A stretch of 36,561 nucleotides of DNA, taken from positions 1-36,561 of the forward strand of contig JBBCAV010000114.1 in assembly GCA_051382305.1 (NCBI GenBank), written 5' to 3'. The translations under genes and the position numbers were made by a program. The DNA comes from Bdellovibrionota bacterium FG-2 (GTDB lineage Bacteria > Bdellovibrionota > UBA1018). The notes below the pieces were generated by a model. The model did not search any database. It was given only the letters and a program-made list of their open reading frames with translations, and had not been told where the DNA came from. This document shows, piece by piece, positions 35,742 to 36,561 of the stretch. Position 1 is the first letter of the stretch. The number at the start of each line of letters is the position of its first letter.

Positions 35742-36561
<820 letters not shown>

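Overview
The right end of the window is host core sequence: the 3' part of serS followed by tRNA-Ser(TGA), both on the minus strand. Everything to the left is a tandem array of integrative elements inserted at the 3' end of that tRNA, with an 18-bp att core (AATGGCGGAGAGAGTGAG) at 1344, 25262 and 35596. Island A (about 25262-35613) carries a tyrosine integrase, excisionase, a possible rolling-circle Rep, a serine resolvase, and an XRE-headed cargo run of membrane and secreted proteins (PLD nuclease, HNH, YidD-like, DUF4429/SHOCT). Island B (about 1344-25279) carries an integrase, excisionase, a primase-helicase split by one in-frame stop, a serine resolvase, a paralogous XRE regulator, an LPP20/PEGA envelope operon, two HEPN-like genes and a toxin-antitoxin (TA) pair at each end. 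It also holds the most unusual unit here: secreted small protein + OppA-like binding protein + compact YcaO, divergent from a hybrid histidine kinase. A third island (C), whose att arm resembles that of A, starts at 1343 and runs off the left edge with a DUF4258/MqsA-type TA pair. No capsid, terminase or conjugation genes are visible. Gene style suggests a Bdellovibrionota/Oligoflexia-like host, but that is an impression only. All family calls come from motif recognition by eye; no searches were run.
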